A stretch of DNA of 64,000 nt from Pelagomonas calceolata (taxonomy: Eukaryota): assembly GCA_918797485.1 (NCBI GenBank), contig CAKKNE010000004.1, positions 1,922,001 through 1,986,000 of the forward strand. The letters run 5' to 3'. Both the position numbers and the translations under genes were made by a program. Below, piece after piece: positions 30,681 to 41,097 of the stretch. Positions within the stretch are counted from its first letter, which is position 1. Each line of letters begins with the position of its first letter. A model generated the notes under the pieces. The model was not told where the DNA came from. It did no database searches and saw only the letters and a program-made list of their open reading frames with translations.

Positions 30681-31187
30681 ATGGACGAGGGCCTCCTGCA
30701 CAAGAAGCTGCGGACCCTGGAGCAGCAGCGCGCCCAGAGCGACGACCTCAACGCCCTGCTCACGCGCGAGGGCGGCCTGAACGAGTCCCAGTACATGACC
30801 TGCAAGAACCTCAAGGCGGCCGTCGCCGTCTCGAAGCAGCCCGGGTTCTTCGAGTACCACAAGCATAGCGCGGAGGTCCAGCGCGCCTACGATCGGAAGA
30901 CGTGCAACCAGATGGTGAAGAAGATCGCGCGGACGCAGCAGGACCTCGACGCCATCGAGGAGGACATCCGCGCGCGCGAGGCCGCGCGGCTCAAGTCGCT
31001 CGAGCTGCGCGACCCGACGCTCACGTCCTTCGACCAGTGGTTCCAGCAGTTCGGGCGGCCCCAGAACATGCCCCAGCGCTTCTACTCGACCTTCGACGAC
31101 AACAAGAAGATCTACGGCGGGACGCACCACCACCGCGCGTTCCGGTCGAACGCGCGGACGATGAAGCTCGGGAGCGGGCTTAAGTAG
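30681..31187 (+). CDS. Hypothetical coiled-coil protein
   Basis: Strong GC3 bias, non-repetitive 168-aa ORF. Confidence 0.75.
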   Translation: MDEGLLHKKLRTLEQQRAQSDDLNALLTREGGLNESQYMTCKNLKAAVAVSKQPGFFEYHKHSAEVQRAYDRKTCNQMVKKIARTQQDLDAIEEDIRAREAARLKSLELRDPTLTSFDQWFQQFGRPQNMPQRFYSTFDDNKKIYGGTHHHRAFRSNARTMKLGSGLK

Positions 31188-31468
31188 CTTTAATTTAGGT
31201 CGTGCGTCGCCGGCGTTTCGCGGGGCGGTTGGTCCGGGCCTTTGGGAGCAGCAGCCGGCGCGCAGAGCAAAAAACCCGTGCGAGCTCTCGGAAGTGCACT
31301 GTGCACCGGCTAGCCAGGCCCACAGACTGCACGCGGCGTCTCGCGCAGCCCGTCGACCGCCGCGTCGTACCCCGCGTCCGCACCCAAAGTGCGCGCGCGC
31401 AACGCGTCTCGCGGAGGAATCGCACTGGGCTGCCCCAGAGGCGCCAGCCGGCGCGAGGCACCGCATCG

Positions 31469-32479
31469 ATGGCCTCGCAGCTCGCCCGGGGCTTCCTGGC
31501 CGAGCAGGACCTCGAGCGCTTCGTGCGCGAGGAGCACGGCGGCAACCGCGCGGCGGCGGCGCGCGCCAAGGCGGCCAGCGGCGAGGCCTGCATGCGCAAC
31601 GCGCCCAAGGCGGCCCTGAAGTACTTCCGGGACGCCCTGGACCTGGCGACGACGGAGGCCGCGCGCGCCGCCGTCCACCGGTCGTGCGCCGCGGCGTGCC
31701 GGGACATCGGCCACTTTAATCGATGCGTCGGCCACGCGACGCGCGCACTCGTCACGGACCATGATGACAAGGTTGCGTTAAAACACCGCCTCGCCGCGCA
31801 CGAGGCCCTCGGCGCGTGGCGGCGCATGAACGCGGACGCCTTACGAATAGGCGACGAGGATGCAGCCGCGCGCGCGGCGGCGAAGGGCGGCGATCAGCCC
31901 GTGGAGCTCCACGCGCCGTCCGAAAGCCACAAGACCGTCCAGGCGGCGCTCGACGAGGCCTACGCGTACGCGCCGGGCGGCGCCACCGTCTTCGTGAGGC
32001 GGGGCCGCGTCGACGAGGAGGCGCTCGTGGTCCGAGGAGCGTACTTTGGAACTGCGCCTCTCTTAATCTGCGGCGAGCTCGTCGCGGCGGCGCCGCGCGA
32101 GACCTTCTTTACGAAGGAAGTGGTGGTGAAGGGGCCGTGCCGCCTGCGGCACCTCGCGTTCTGCGCGGGCGCGCGCGCGACGGCGGACCTGGGACTGGAG
32201 GACTGCGTCGTCGCCTGTCCGGGCGGCGTCGGCGTCGACGCGTCTGCGGCGCTATCCCTCAACCGCTGTCTCGTCGAGCACTGCGCGGACGGCGTCGTCG
32301 CGCGCGGGGCGCTGGACGTGCGGGGAACGACGGTGCGCCACTGCGCGAATGTCGGCCTCGACGCGTCGGAGTCGGACGGCCCGGCGCGCGTCGAGGAATT
32401 AACCGTGGCGGCCTGCGGGGTCGCGGTCCGCGGCGCGGTGGAGTTCGCGGGCTCCGAGAACGACGTCGAGGGGTGGTAA
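31469..32479 (+). CDS. TPR-like N-terminus plus right-handed beta-helix protein
   Basis: KAASGEAC...ALKYFRDAL...KVALKHRLAAHEALG (TPR-like); HKTVQAALD...TVFVRRG followed by xxxCxxG beta-helix repeats. Confidence 0.65.
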   Translation: MASQLARGFLAEQDLERFVREEHGGNRAAAARAKAASGEACMRNAPKAALKYFRDALDLATTEAARAAVHRSCAAACRDIGHFNRCVGHATRALVTDHDDKVALKHRLAAHEALGAWRRMNADALRIGDEDAAARAAAKGGDQPVELHAPSESHKTVQAALDEAYAYAPGGATVFVRRGRVDEEALVVRGAYFGTAPLLICGELVAAAPRETFFTKEVVVKGPCRLRHLAFCAGARATADLGLEDCVVACPGGVGVDASAALSLNRCLVEHCADGVVARGALDVRGTTVRHCANVGLDASESDGPARVEELTVAACGVAVRGAVEFAGSENDVEGW

Positions 32480-32615
32480 TCTGTGTGTTGTTGTATTGAA
32501 AAGACGTCCTAGACCCTCCGGGTGTAGTGCCTCGTCAAACCCGTTTTGCCTGGTGTTTAGGCAACTCAAATCACACGCCGCCGCGCGACTCACAAACGCC
32601 TCACGCCACGCAAAA

Positions 32616-33544
32616 ATGATCCTCACAAATTGCGCCGCCTGCGCCGCCCCACTGGCCCACGACGCGCCTGGATGTGCGAGGTGCTTAACAAGATACTTAG
32701 AGTTTTAATAGCCAGTTTCTTGGGTAGTAGGACCTGCCAGATGGACCACATCCGCCGCGGGCACGAGCAGATCTGCGATGAAATTCGCCGCGGCGGCGGC
32801 GGCGAACAATACCACGCCGAGAAAAAATACAAGGAGGCTGTCGCGGTCGCGGTCGAGAAATGCGCGGCAGACACGGCGGGCCAGACATGCTACATCTGTC
32901 TGGAGGATGGCTCTGAAGAGGGCCTCGTGCGCATGTGCGCGTGCCGCGGGGCGGCGGGCTTCGCCCACATTTCGTGTCTGGCGCGGCAGGCGGAGGTCGC
33001 GGTCGAGCGCGTCGGGCAAGGGCGAGGCTGGGGGCGGTGGTACACGTGCGGTCTGTGCGAGCAAGTTTACCACGGCGTCGTAGAATGTGCGCTCGGGTGG
33101 GCGTGCTGGAAGACGTACTTGGGTCGGCCGGAGACGGACGACCCTCGGCTGGATGCGATGACGCAGCTTGGGAACGGTTTACTCGCTGTAAATCGCCTCG
33201 AGGAGGCGTTGTCCGTGAGAGAGGCCCAGTTGTCTATGCTTCGGCGCCTTGGCGTACCAGAAAAAGAGATGCTCGTGTCGATGGGAAATCTTGCAATCAC
33301 GTATTCAAAGCTGGGACGAGGTGGAGAGGCCCTACGGGTCAACCGAGATGTATATTTCGCACGTGTGAGGCTCGACGGCGAGGAAAATGAAATGACCATG
33401 CACGCAGCCACCAACTACGCGTGGACCCTACAAGAGATCGTGAGCTCGATTTGCAAGACGCGCGAGCCGCCCTCCGCGCCCCGACTGAGCGTGCCCTGCG
33501 AGACGCGCGAGCCGCGCTCCGCGCCACGCCGTGATAGTGTGTAA
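32616..33544 (+). pseudogene. MYND-like/RINGv/TPR family member, disrupted and 3'-truncated
   Basis: MILTNCAACAAPL...CARCLTRY is interrupted by a ~23-bp AT-rich insertion with stops; it resumes at GSRTCQMDH...H...C, CYIC...LVRMCACRG...AHISC and TPRs; homology ends at NYAWTLQE. Confidence 0.7.
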
Positions 33545-33765
33545 TGGTTGCAATAAAGCGGCTCTTTTGTACGGGATTCGTCCGCCGATCGATCAGTAAA
33601 ACCCGTTTTGTGTGTGGTTTTAATAACGCCCGGCGCAGCGCCGCGCCGTGCGTATGCTAAGGACTAGGGACTAGAACCCCGTGCCGCAAGTCATCCGGAG
33701 GAGCCGCCGCGCCCGACTCGGGCTGCCCCGGCAACGGTAGGCTAGCGCCGCGCAAAGAAGGTGCC

Positions 33766-34653
33766 ATGGCCGCCACCTCGGCCAACGTCCGCTCGCGGCC
33801 CGGCGAGGCCCTCACGGCCTCGCCCGTCAAGGGCGGCGCCGCGCAGTTCGGCCTGCGCAAGAAGCGCTACACCGACAGCGGGACGCGGTGGCAGGTCGTG
33901 GCCTTCCGGGCCGTGCGCGACGGCGACCTCAAGGTCATGCGGGAGCTGGCCTTCGAGCAGCCCGGCCTGCTGCACGACCGGTTCACGGACGCGATGGAGG
34001 ACTGGGAGCTCGAGTTCGAGTCGCCGAAGTGGTACCAGTTCCGGGACGCGACGTGCCTCTTCATCGCCTGCGCCTACGCGCGGCGCGAGGCGGTCGAGTT
34101 CCTGCTGGAGTTCGGGGCCGACCGCGACGACAAGTGCTACATGAGCCAGAGGCCGATCGACGTGGTCGGCATGTGCCGCGAGGACGACATGGACGAGTCG
34201 TACATCACGACGCTCCTGTCGCGGCCGAAGCAGCCGCCGCGGGCGCCGCGCGAGCCGAAGACGACGTGCAAGCTCTGCCTCGAGGAGCTGTCCCACATCG
34301 AGCGCTACGACGTGCCCGACCCCGACGGCGGCGCGCCCCAGCAGAAGACGCGCCGCGTCTCCGAGACGGTCGCGCGCGCGAAAGTGACGCTCGACTGGGC
34401 GACGGAGTGGCTCAAGAGCACGCTCGAGTACGAGCTGAAATATCGCGCCGTGAACGACTACGACGGCCGGTCCGACGAGAAGTGGAAGACGGAAGTGCTG
34501 CGCTGCACGGCGAAGGCGCTCGCCGGCCTCCTGCCGGACACGCTCTACGCGTTCGAGGTCCGGGCGCGGAACGACGTGGGCTTCGGCGACCTCGCGCCCC
34601 GGACCTTCGTGCAGACGCCGTCCGCCGCGTCCATACTGGCTAAGAAGAGTTAG
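33766..34653 (+). CDS. Ankyrin repeat plus fibronectin type III domain protein
   Basis: TCLFIACAYARREAVEFLLEFGAD; GLLPDTLYAFEVRARNDVGFG. Confidence 0.8.
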   Translation: MAATSANVRSRPGEALTASPVKGGAAQFGLRKKRYTDSGTRWQVVAFRAVRDGDLKVMRELAFEQPGLLHDRFTDAMEDWELEFESPKWYQFRDATCLFIACAYARREAVEFLLEFGADRDDKCYMSQRPIDVVGMCREDDMDESYITTLLSRPKQPPRAPREPKTTCKLCLEELSHIERYDVPDPDGGAPQQKTRRVSETVARAKVTLDWATEWLKSTLEYELKYRAVNDYDGRSDEKWKTEVLRCTAKALAGLLPDTLYAFEVRARNDVGFGDLAPRTFVQTPSAASILAKKS

Positions 34654-34659
34654 CGCCCC

Positions 34660-34977
34660 CTACCGGCGCCGCGGCTTCGCCTCGTCGGCCTGCTTCATGG
34701 CCTTGACCTTGTCGAAGACGGGCGAGTGCTTCAGCAGGTCGGGCAGGATCAGGAACTTGATCCGCGACCCGCGGATGTAGACGTGCTCCATCTTCGAGAC
34801 GCGGCCGTCCCTCGCCGTGCACACAATGTCCGTCAGGCTGCAGTTCATCGTCTCCTCGCTCTCGTCGAGGCGGCCGCGGTAGATCTCGCCGCTCTTGAGC
34901 TCGACCGTCACGACGTGGCCCTCGCCCTCGTGCAATAATTTGATGGGCACGCCGACCTGGGCCTTCGCCGCGGCCAT
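34660..34977 (-). CDS. SNRPD3: Small nuclear ribonucleoprotein Sm D3
   Basis: [27 protein letters not shown]...[21 protein letters not shown]. Confidence 0.95.
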   Translation of the reverse strand: MAAAKAQVGVPIKLLHEGEGHVVTVELKSGEIYRGRLDESEETMNCSLTDIVCTARDGRVSKMEHVYIRGSRIKFLILPDLLKHSPVFDKVKAMKQADEAKPRRR

Positions 34978-35184
34978 GTCCTCGCGCCGGCAACGACGCG
35001 GCGACTGGCGTGCGGCGGCGCGCGCGGCAGGGCCTTATGTCGCCGTCGCTGGTTAGCTCTGCGAGACCGCGTGAGGCGCAGGCGGCTGCAGCGCTACAAG
35101 AACCGAGGCGGCGCCGGCAAATAAATGCGTAGCGCGGGTCCTGAGCTCGGCTGGCGTCGCGGTGTAAAACCCGTTTGAGCGCTA

Positions 35185-35207
35185 GCTAGTGCCTCTATAG
35201 CGCTAGC
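35185..35207 (+). promoter_or_regulatory. Degenerate GCTAG-box copy, adjacent to GTAAAACCCGTTTG (35163-35177)
   Basis: GCTAGTGCCTCTATAGCGCTAGC in the divergent SmD3/JmjC promoter. Confidence 0.45.
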
Positions 35208-35275
35208 TAGCTGCGCAAGCAACGCGCCCCAGCCCGGCAGGGCTGCTACAGTCGCCTTACAACCAGCACCCATCG

Positions 35276-36460
35276 ATGCGTCCGCACCGCCACCTGCGCC
35301 GCCGGCGCCAGCGCCGCCGGCTGCTCTCCAAGAGGCTGGCGCAGACGGGCTACCGCGGCCACCGCTGCGCCCGGCCCCACGAGCCGGTGGTCGAGCTCGA
35401 CTGCACCCGGGCGCCGCCGGACGCGCGCGCGTTCTTCGACGCCTTCGTGCGGCGGCGGCGACCCTGCGTGCTGCGCGGCTACGCGCGCACGGCGGCGCTC
35501 GGCGTCGTCTCGGACGCGTGCGGCGCCGCGGACCCGGCGCGGGCGTGGTGCGCCGCGCTGGACCGGGCCGCCGGACCGAAGGTGGTCCGGGCCGAGGTGC
35601 GCGAGCGCGGGCGGTTCGGGCGGGGCAACGAGTGCCAGCTGCGGGTCCGCGGCTTCGTGGCCGAGGCGCTTCACCGCCACGCGACGGGCGGGGCGTGCCG
35701 GTACTACCTGACGACGCAGCCCCTGGCCGAGGACGCCGAGGGCCGGCCGGAGCTGTGCGGCGAGCCCGTGCGGAGCCTCGTGCGGGAGAACCTGTTTCCC
35801 CCGACGTGCCCGCTCCTGCCCTCGCTCATCCTCGCGAACGCGAACGTCTGGATGGGCTGCGCGCCCGCGGGCCGGAGCACGTCGTCGGGCCTGCACCACG
35901 ACTTCCACGACAACGTGCTCGTCCAGGTCTGCGGCGCGAAGCGCGTCCGCATGTGGGACCCGAGCGCCACGAATGTCCTGCGGCCGGCGGGCGGCCGGGC
36001 CCGCGTTCACGCGAACGGCCGCGTCGTCTACGGAAACGAGCGCGTCGAGGCCGACGGCCGCGACGCCGCGGCCGCGACGTCGCTGGACCTCCACCGCGCG
36101 CTCGACGACGCGAGCGACAGCGACGACTGCGACGCGTTGTTGGACGCGGCGCTGGCGCTCGAGGCCAATCATGAAAAGGAACCGGCGACGCCGCTCGCGC
36201 CGGGCCCGCCGAACTTCGCGACGCGCAAGGCGCCGCGGGGCCTGCCGTCGTACGCCGCCTGCTACATCGGCCCCGGCGACGCGCTCTACATCCCGTGCGG
36301 CGTCTGGCACGAGGTCTCGAGCGGCGGCGGGCTCCACGCGGCGGCGAACTACTGGTGCCACCCGCCCGACGGCGCTTCCTTCGCCCGGCCCTACACGAGC
36401 AGCTTCTGGGCCGACGACTGGGCGCGGCGGCGGCGCGACGACCCGTTGCTCAAGACTTAA
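35276..36460 (+). CDS. JmjC/cupin-8 domain 2OG-Fe(II) oxygenase
   Basis: NVWMG, SGLHHDFHDN...GAKR, PGDALYIPCGVWHEV...AANYW. Confidence 0.88.
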   Translation: MRPHRHLRRRRQRRRLLSKRLAQTGYRGHRCARPHEPVVELDCTRAPPDARAFFDAFVRRRRPCVLRGYARTAALGVVSDACGAADPARAWCAALDRAAGPKVVRAEVRERGRFGRGNECQLRVRGFVAEALHRHATGGACRYYLTTQPLAEDAEGRPELCGEPVRSLVRENLFPPTCPLLPSLILANANVWMGCAPAGRSTSSGLHHDFHDNVLVQVCGAKRVRMWDPSATNVLRPAGGRARVHANGRVVYGNERVEADGRDAAAATSLDLHRALDDASDSDDCDALLDAALALEANHEKEPATPLAPGPPNFATRKAPRGLPSYAACYIGPGDALYIPCGVWHEVSSGGGLHAAANYWCHPPDGASFARPYTSSFWADDWARRRRDDPLLKT

Positions 36461-36466
36461 GTACTG

Positions 36467-37612
36467 TTAGGTGTACGTCGCGGCGAGCGTCCGCTCCTTG
36501 CGCCCGTTCGCCCAGAGCCACGCCGTGCGGAGGTCGCGGAAACCCCCGGCGGCGAGCGCCCCCTCGACCTCGCCGGTGTCGGCCGCGGCGGTCTTCGTGG
36601 AGGCGGACGGCTGCTTCAGCGTCAGCACGAGCGTCGCGCCCGCCGCGAGGTAGGGCCGCAGGGCGTGGAGCGCGCGGCCCATCTTCGCCGGGTGCGCGTT
36701 CGCGTCGCAGAGGACGGCGTCGAAGCGGCCGCCCGCCTCACGCAGCGCGTCTAGCGTCTCCGCGTCCTCGAGGCGCTTTTTGACGTGGACGACGCGCGCC
36801 GCCACGTCCGCGTCCAGGTCCGCCGGGTCCACGGCCACGACCAGCTCCGCCCCGTGCTCGAGGCAGACCTGGCTCCAGCCGCCCGGCGCCGCGCCGACGT
36901 CCACGACGCGGCGGAACGGCGGCAGCGCGAAGCGGACCATGGCCTCCCGCAGCTTGTGCACGGCGCGGCAGACGTCGCCGGCGTCGCCCGTCGACGGCAC
37001 GAACGTCTCCGCGAGCGGCGCGCAGCCCACGTAGTAGTACGTCGCGTGCGTCGCGGGCACGGCGTCGACGACGAGCTCGTGGGACGCGCCGCGCGGCGTG
37101 AGCTGGATCCGCTCGGGCAGGTTCTTGAGGAGGGCCTCCTTGAGCCCCGGCGCGCCGCGCACGCGCAGGCGCGCGGCGGTGGCCGCCGCCGCGTCGTAGG
37201 CCGCCTCCGCGAGGCCCGGCACGTCTTCGAGCTTGGCGGTGCTCCCGCCGTGCGCCGCGCAGGCGTGGACGTGGCGCGCCGCGTGCTCGTCCTTCGCCAG
37301 CGCGGCGACGACGGCCGCCGCGTCGCTGGCCGAAAAAAGGAGCGCGTCCTTGGCGTTTTGTTCCAAGGTGCAGTCGGGGAACCGCGCCGCGACCCACTCC
37401 CGGCACCGGTGCTTGTGCGCGTGCGAGATGCGCCACGCGACCCACTGCGTCGGCCGCCGGGCCTCCTCCTCTCGTGCTTGGTCGCGGCGGCGCACGTTGC
37501 GCGTCGTCACTCGGACGATGTCGTCGTCGGTTTTCTCGTCCAGCGAGTCGTCGTAGGCGTCTTCAGTCGTAGTGTTGCGCGAGCCCAGGGCTTGTAGCAG
37601 TGCCTGGAACAT
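36467..37612 (-). CDS. FtsJ/RlmM-like SAM-dependent RNA 2'-O-methyltransferase
   Basis: CRAVHKLREA, VDVGAAPGGWS, VVAVDPA, VLCDAN, VLTLK, NGRKERT (K-D-K-E tetrad). Confidence 0.85.
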   Translation of the reverse strand: MFQALLQALGSRNTTTEDAYDDSLDEKTDDDIVRVTTRNVRRRDQAREEEARRPTQWVAWRISHAHKHRCREWVAARFPDCTLEQNAKDALLFSASDAAAVVAALAKDEHAARHVHACAAHGGSTAKLEDVPGLAEAAYDAAAATAARLRVRGAPGLKEALLKNLPERIQLTPRGASHELVVDAVPATHATYYYVGCAPLAETFVPSTGDAGDVCRAVHKLREAMVRFALPPFRRVVDVGAAPGGWSQVCLEHGAELVVAVDPADLDADVAARVVHVKKRLEDAETLDALREAGGRFDAVLCDANAHPAKMGRALHALRPYLAAGATLVLTLKQPSASTKTAAADTGEVEGALAAGGFRDLRTAWLWANGRKERTLAATYT

Positions 37613-37754
37613 CGCTCGCTGCCGCCTGTAGCGTGACTGCGTTTTCCACCGCTTCCACACCGGCTCTCAGTGTACTGTGGAGACGCTGCACTGATGCGAT
37701 TCGCTTCGTGTGCACCGCTGCGCTGCAAAAAAGTGGCCTGCAATGAGAGCTGGG

Positions 37755-37778
37755 GCTAGTGTGTTACAGGCCGCTAGC
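37755..37778 (+). promoter_or_regulatory. GCTAG-box intergenic element copy
   Basis: GCTAGTGTGTTACAGGCCGCTAGC, centred about 143 bp from both divergent ATGs (37612, 37921). Confidence 0.6.
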
Positions 37779-37920
37779 TGGAGTTTTACAACTTGGCGCG
37801 CGAAAAGCGCCGCCAGGGGCCGCAGGCCGCCTATATTGCAAGCAGGCGACCGTTCTCGAAGCTCTGGCGACCGTAGAGGAAGCCGAAGTCGTAGTTGTCC
37901 ACGTGCAGTCACGCGTAGGG

Positions 37921-40113
37921 ATGCGCACCACCAAGGCGTCGCTTGCCATGCGGCCGCTGGCCGCGCTCGCGGGCGCGTCGGCCCTGGCGTACGTGCTGCT
38001 CGCGCTCACGACGCCCGCGGCATTGCTCGAGACGCCGGCGCTGCGCGGCGCCGCGCGGAACCACTCCCGACTCGAGGTCCGCGAGATGCGCGAGGCGCTC
38101 GCGGCGCTGCGGAGCGGCATCAACGAGCTCGACGCGCCGGCCGCCCCAAAGCCCGTCGCTGCTGCGTCTCCTCCGACGTGCACCTTCCGCGCGGACTCGG
38201 ACATCAGGGGCGGCGACGGCGACGAGTTCCCGCGCGAGGACATGGACCGGGAGAGCTGCTGCGCGCTGTGCGCCGCGACGCCGTGGTGCGCCGCGGCGGC
38301 GCTGTCGGGCGAGGCGGACGAGCCGCCGTCGGCCTGCTGGCTCAAGCGCAAGGCGGGGCCGCTGCAGTACAAGCGCGGCGTCACGGTCTGCATCCCGTCC
38401 AAGGAGGCGGCGCGCGCGCCGCCGCCGCCGCCGCCGCCACCAGCCGATACCGACGTGACCTGCCGCTTCCAGGCGAACCAGGACGTCGCCGGCGCGGACC
38501 TCATGAACGAACCCGCGCTGGTGGACGCGACGCCCGAGCAGTGCGCCGCCGCGTGCATAGAACGGGACGACTGCGCCGCGGCGGCCCTGTCCGGCCCCGG
38601 CGACAACCCGCCGGCGGCCTGCTGGCTCAAGATGAGCTCGGCGGGCACGGTCCGCAAGGACGGCGTCTCGCTCTGCGTCGTCTCGCCGCCGCGGACGCCC
38701 CGGCCCATCGCGTACGACGCGCCCGCCGCGGTCTCCGCGGCGGAGCTGCAGGAGCGCCGCGAGAAGATCAAGGGGGCGATCAAGCACGCCTGGGACGGCT
38801 ACCGGCGCCGGGCCTTCGGCCGCGACTCCGTCGCGCCGATCACGGGCCGGCCCGTCAATAGCGGCTTCGACATGGCCGTGACGCTCGTGGACTCGCTGGA
38901 CACGCTGTGGCTGGTCGGGCTGCGGGACGAGTTCCGCGAGGCGCGCGACTTCGTGGCGCAGGAGAGCTTCGGGCGGAAGCTCGCGCGGCCGCCGTCGACG
39001 GCGTCCGTCTTCGAGACGACGATCCGGGTCCTCGGCGGGCTGCTGGGCGCCTACGAGCTGTCGCGGGACGCCATCTTCGCGACGCGCGCGCGCCAGATCG
39101 GCGACGCCGTCTACGCGAAGATCGACCCGGCGACGGGCAGCGTGCCGGGGAGCTTCGGCGGGCGCGCGGGGTCCTGCCCGTCGCTGGCGCACGCCGGCAC
39201 GGTGCAGCTCGAGATGCTCTACCTCTCGAGAATCACGAACGACGACAAGTACGCGCGCCGCGCCAGGGCCTTCTACGAGTTCCAGCGGCGCCAGCCGAAC
39301 CTGGACGGCCTGTACCCGCAGTGCGTCGGCGGCCGCACGGGCAAGCTGACGCTGGGCGCCGAGGCCGACTCCTTCTACGAGTACCTGCCCAAGGTCTGGC
39401 TGCTGCGCGGCGGGCCCGCGGCGCGCGAGGCGGTGGTCGAGTCCTTCCCGGACGTGTGGAAGATGTACGACGCTGCGCTGAAGGGCATGGAGGCGCGCCT
39501 CATCTCCCGGGACGCGCGGGGCGGCCTCTGGCTCGACGAGCTGCGGTGGCGCGGCGGCGCGGCCTTCTCGCGCGACGCGGCCATGGAGCACCTCGCGTGC
39601 TTCGTGCCGGCGTGGGTCGCGCTGGGGGCGCCCTACTTCCCCGAGGACCGGGCCCGGCGGCTGCGCGAGGTCGCCCACGGCCTCGGCGAGACGTGCTGGC
39701 GCTTCTACGCGGACCAGCCGACCGGCATCTCGCCCGAGCGGATCAAGGGCCGGGACACGTCGCTGCGGCGGACGGACACGCGCGAGTACATCTTGCGGCC
39801 CGAGGCCGCCGAGGCATGGTTCTACTTGTCGCGGACGCCGGGGCTCGAGGACCGGCGGCCGCTCTACCGCGACTGGGGCTGGCGCGCCTTCGCGGCCATC
39901 GACCGGCACCTGCGCGTCGCGCACGGCCACGCGTCCATGAAGGACGTGCGCCGCACGGCTGGCGACAACAAAATGGACAAGATGGAGTCGTTCTGGCTCG
40001 CGGAGACGCTCAAGTACTTCTACCTGCTCCAGGAGGACGACGAGCGGCCGTCGCTGCCCCTGGACCGGTACGTGTTCAACACGGAGGCGCACCCGTTCTC
40101 GGTCGTGAAGTAG
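37921..40113 (+). CDS. GH47 alpha-1,2-mannosidase with two PAN/Apple-like domains
   Basis: N-terminal TM; two C...CC/CA..C...C...CWLK modules; HAWDGY, DSLDTL, FETTIRVLGGLL, DSFYEY, LRPE, ESFWLAETLKY, NTEAHP. Confidence 0.92.
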   Translation: MRTTKASLAMRPLAALAGASALAYVLLALTTPAALLETPALRGAARNHSRLEVREMREALAALRSGINELDAPAAPKPVAAASPPTCTFRADSDIRGGDGDEFPREDMDRESCCALCAATPWCAAAALSGEADEPPSACWLKRKAGPLQYKRGVTVCIPSKEAARAPPPPPPPPADTDVTCRFQANQDVAGADLMNEPALVDATPEQCAAACIERDDCAAAALSGPGDNPPAACWLKMSSAGTVRKDGVSLCVVSPPRTPRPIAYDAPAAVSAAELQERREKIKGAIKHAWDGYRRRAFGRDSVAPITGRPVNSGFDMAVTLVDSLDTLWLVGLRDEFREARDFVAQESFGRKLARPPSTASVFETTIRVLGGLLGAYELSRDAIFATRARQIGDAVYAKIDPATGSVPGSFGGRAGSCPSLAHAGTVQLEMLYLSRITNDDKYARRARAFYEFQRRQPNLDGLYPQCVGGRTGKLTLGAEADSFYEYLPKVWLLRGGPAAREAVVESFPDVWKMYDAALKGMEARLISRDARGGLWLDELRWRGGAAFSRDAAMEHLACFVPAWVALGAPYFPEDRARRLREVAHGLGETCWRFYADQPTGISPERIKGRDTSLRRTDTREYILRPEAAEAWFYLSRTPGLEDRRPLYRDWGWRAFAAIDRHLRVAHGHASMKDVRRTAGDNKMDKMESFWLAETLKYFYLLQEDDERPSLPLDRYVFNTEAHPFSVVK

Positions 40114-40200
40114 TTAAGTTTCTTTTTCGTCTACTCCTCTCTCCCAGGTGGCGTAGTAAAGGTTCAAATGTTATTCTCGGGCCTCTGCATGACGTCGCGT

Positions 40201-40899
40201 CTAGGACCGGCTCGACGACGGGCTCCGCGACGAGAAGCGGCTGTAGGAGGACGAGCTCCGCGACGACGAGGGCGAGACGCGGCGGCGGCGGCGCGGCGGC
40301 GGCGACCGCGGCGGCGACCGGCGGGGCGGCGACCGGCGGGGCGGCGACCGGCGCCCGCGAGGCGGCGACCGGCGGCGCGGCGGCGGCGGGCCGCGGCGCG
40401 GCGGCGAGCGGCTCCGGCGGCGCGACGGCGGCCGGAAGCGGCCGCGCGGCGGCGAGGGCCACCGACGCCGCGGCGACCGTAACCGCGACCGCGAGCGCGA
40501 GCGCGAGCGCGAGCGCGACCGCCCGCGGCGGGGCGGCGACCGCGACCGCGACGACCGCGACGACCGCGACGACGCGGACCGCGACGGCGGCGACCGCGAC
40601 CGCGACGCGAACTGGCGGCCCCGCGCCGCGGCCGCCGGCGGCGGCGCCGGCTCGCCCTCGAAGCGCACGGCGAGGCGGTTGCCGTCGAGGCGCCCGCCGT
40701 CGAGCGAGGCCTTGGCGGCCTCGGCGTCGGCGCGCGACGCGAGCTCGACGACGGCGTAGCCGCGGCTCAGCCCCACCGTCGCGTCGACGGCCAGGTCCAC
40801 GCGGGCGACGTCGCCGAAGTGGCCGAAGACCTCGCGCAGGTGCGCGGCCGTGACCTGGCGCGTGAGATTCGTGACCCGGAGGACGTTGAGGCTGGTCAT
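40201..40899 (-). CDS. RRM plus RS-domain splicing/EJC factor (RNPS1/SR45-like)
   Basis: NLTRQVTAAHLREVFGHFG...GLSRGYAVV...LDGGRLDG, then RS/SPP repeats. Confidence 0.85.
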   Translation of the reverse strand: MTSLNVLRVTNLTRQVTAAHLREVFGHFGDVARVDLAVDATVGLSRGYAVVELASRADAEAAKASLDGGRLDGNRLAVRFEGEPAPPPAAAARGRQFASRSRSPPSRSASSRSSRSSRSRSPPRRGRSRSRSRSRSRSRLRSPRRRWPSPPRGRFRPPSRRRSRSPPRRGPPPPRRRSPPRGRRSPPRRSPPRRSPPRSPPPRRRRRVSPSSSRSSSSYSRFSSRSPSSSRS

Positions 40900-41097
40900 G
40901 GTCGGCCCGGGCCGCGCTCGCTGCGATTCGCCTCTGCGTTTGGAGGTCTGTGTTTGGAGCTGCTTGCAAGGCGAAGAGCTGGTCACAACGTGTCGGCGGC
41001 AGTCGCCTGATACGTTAATTGATGAAAGCAGTCCTAGCGTGCCGATAGTGAGTTTAAGCGCTCGTGCGGGAGGAGCTCGAGCTTGGAGCTTAGCCTT

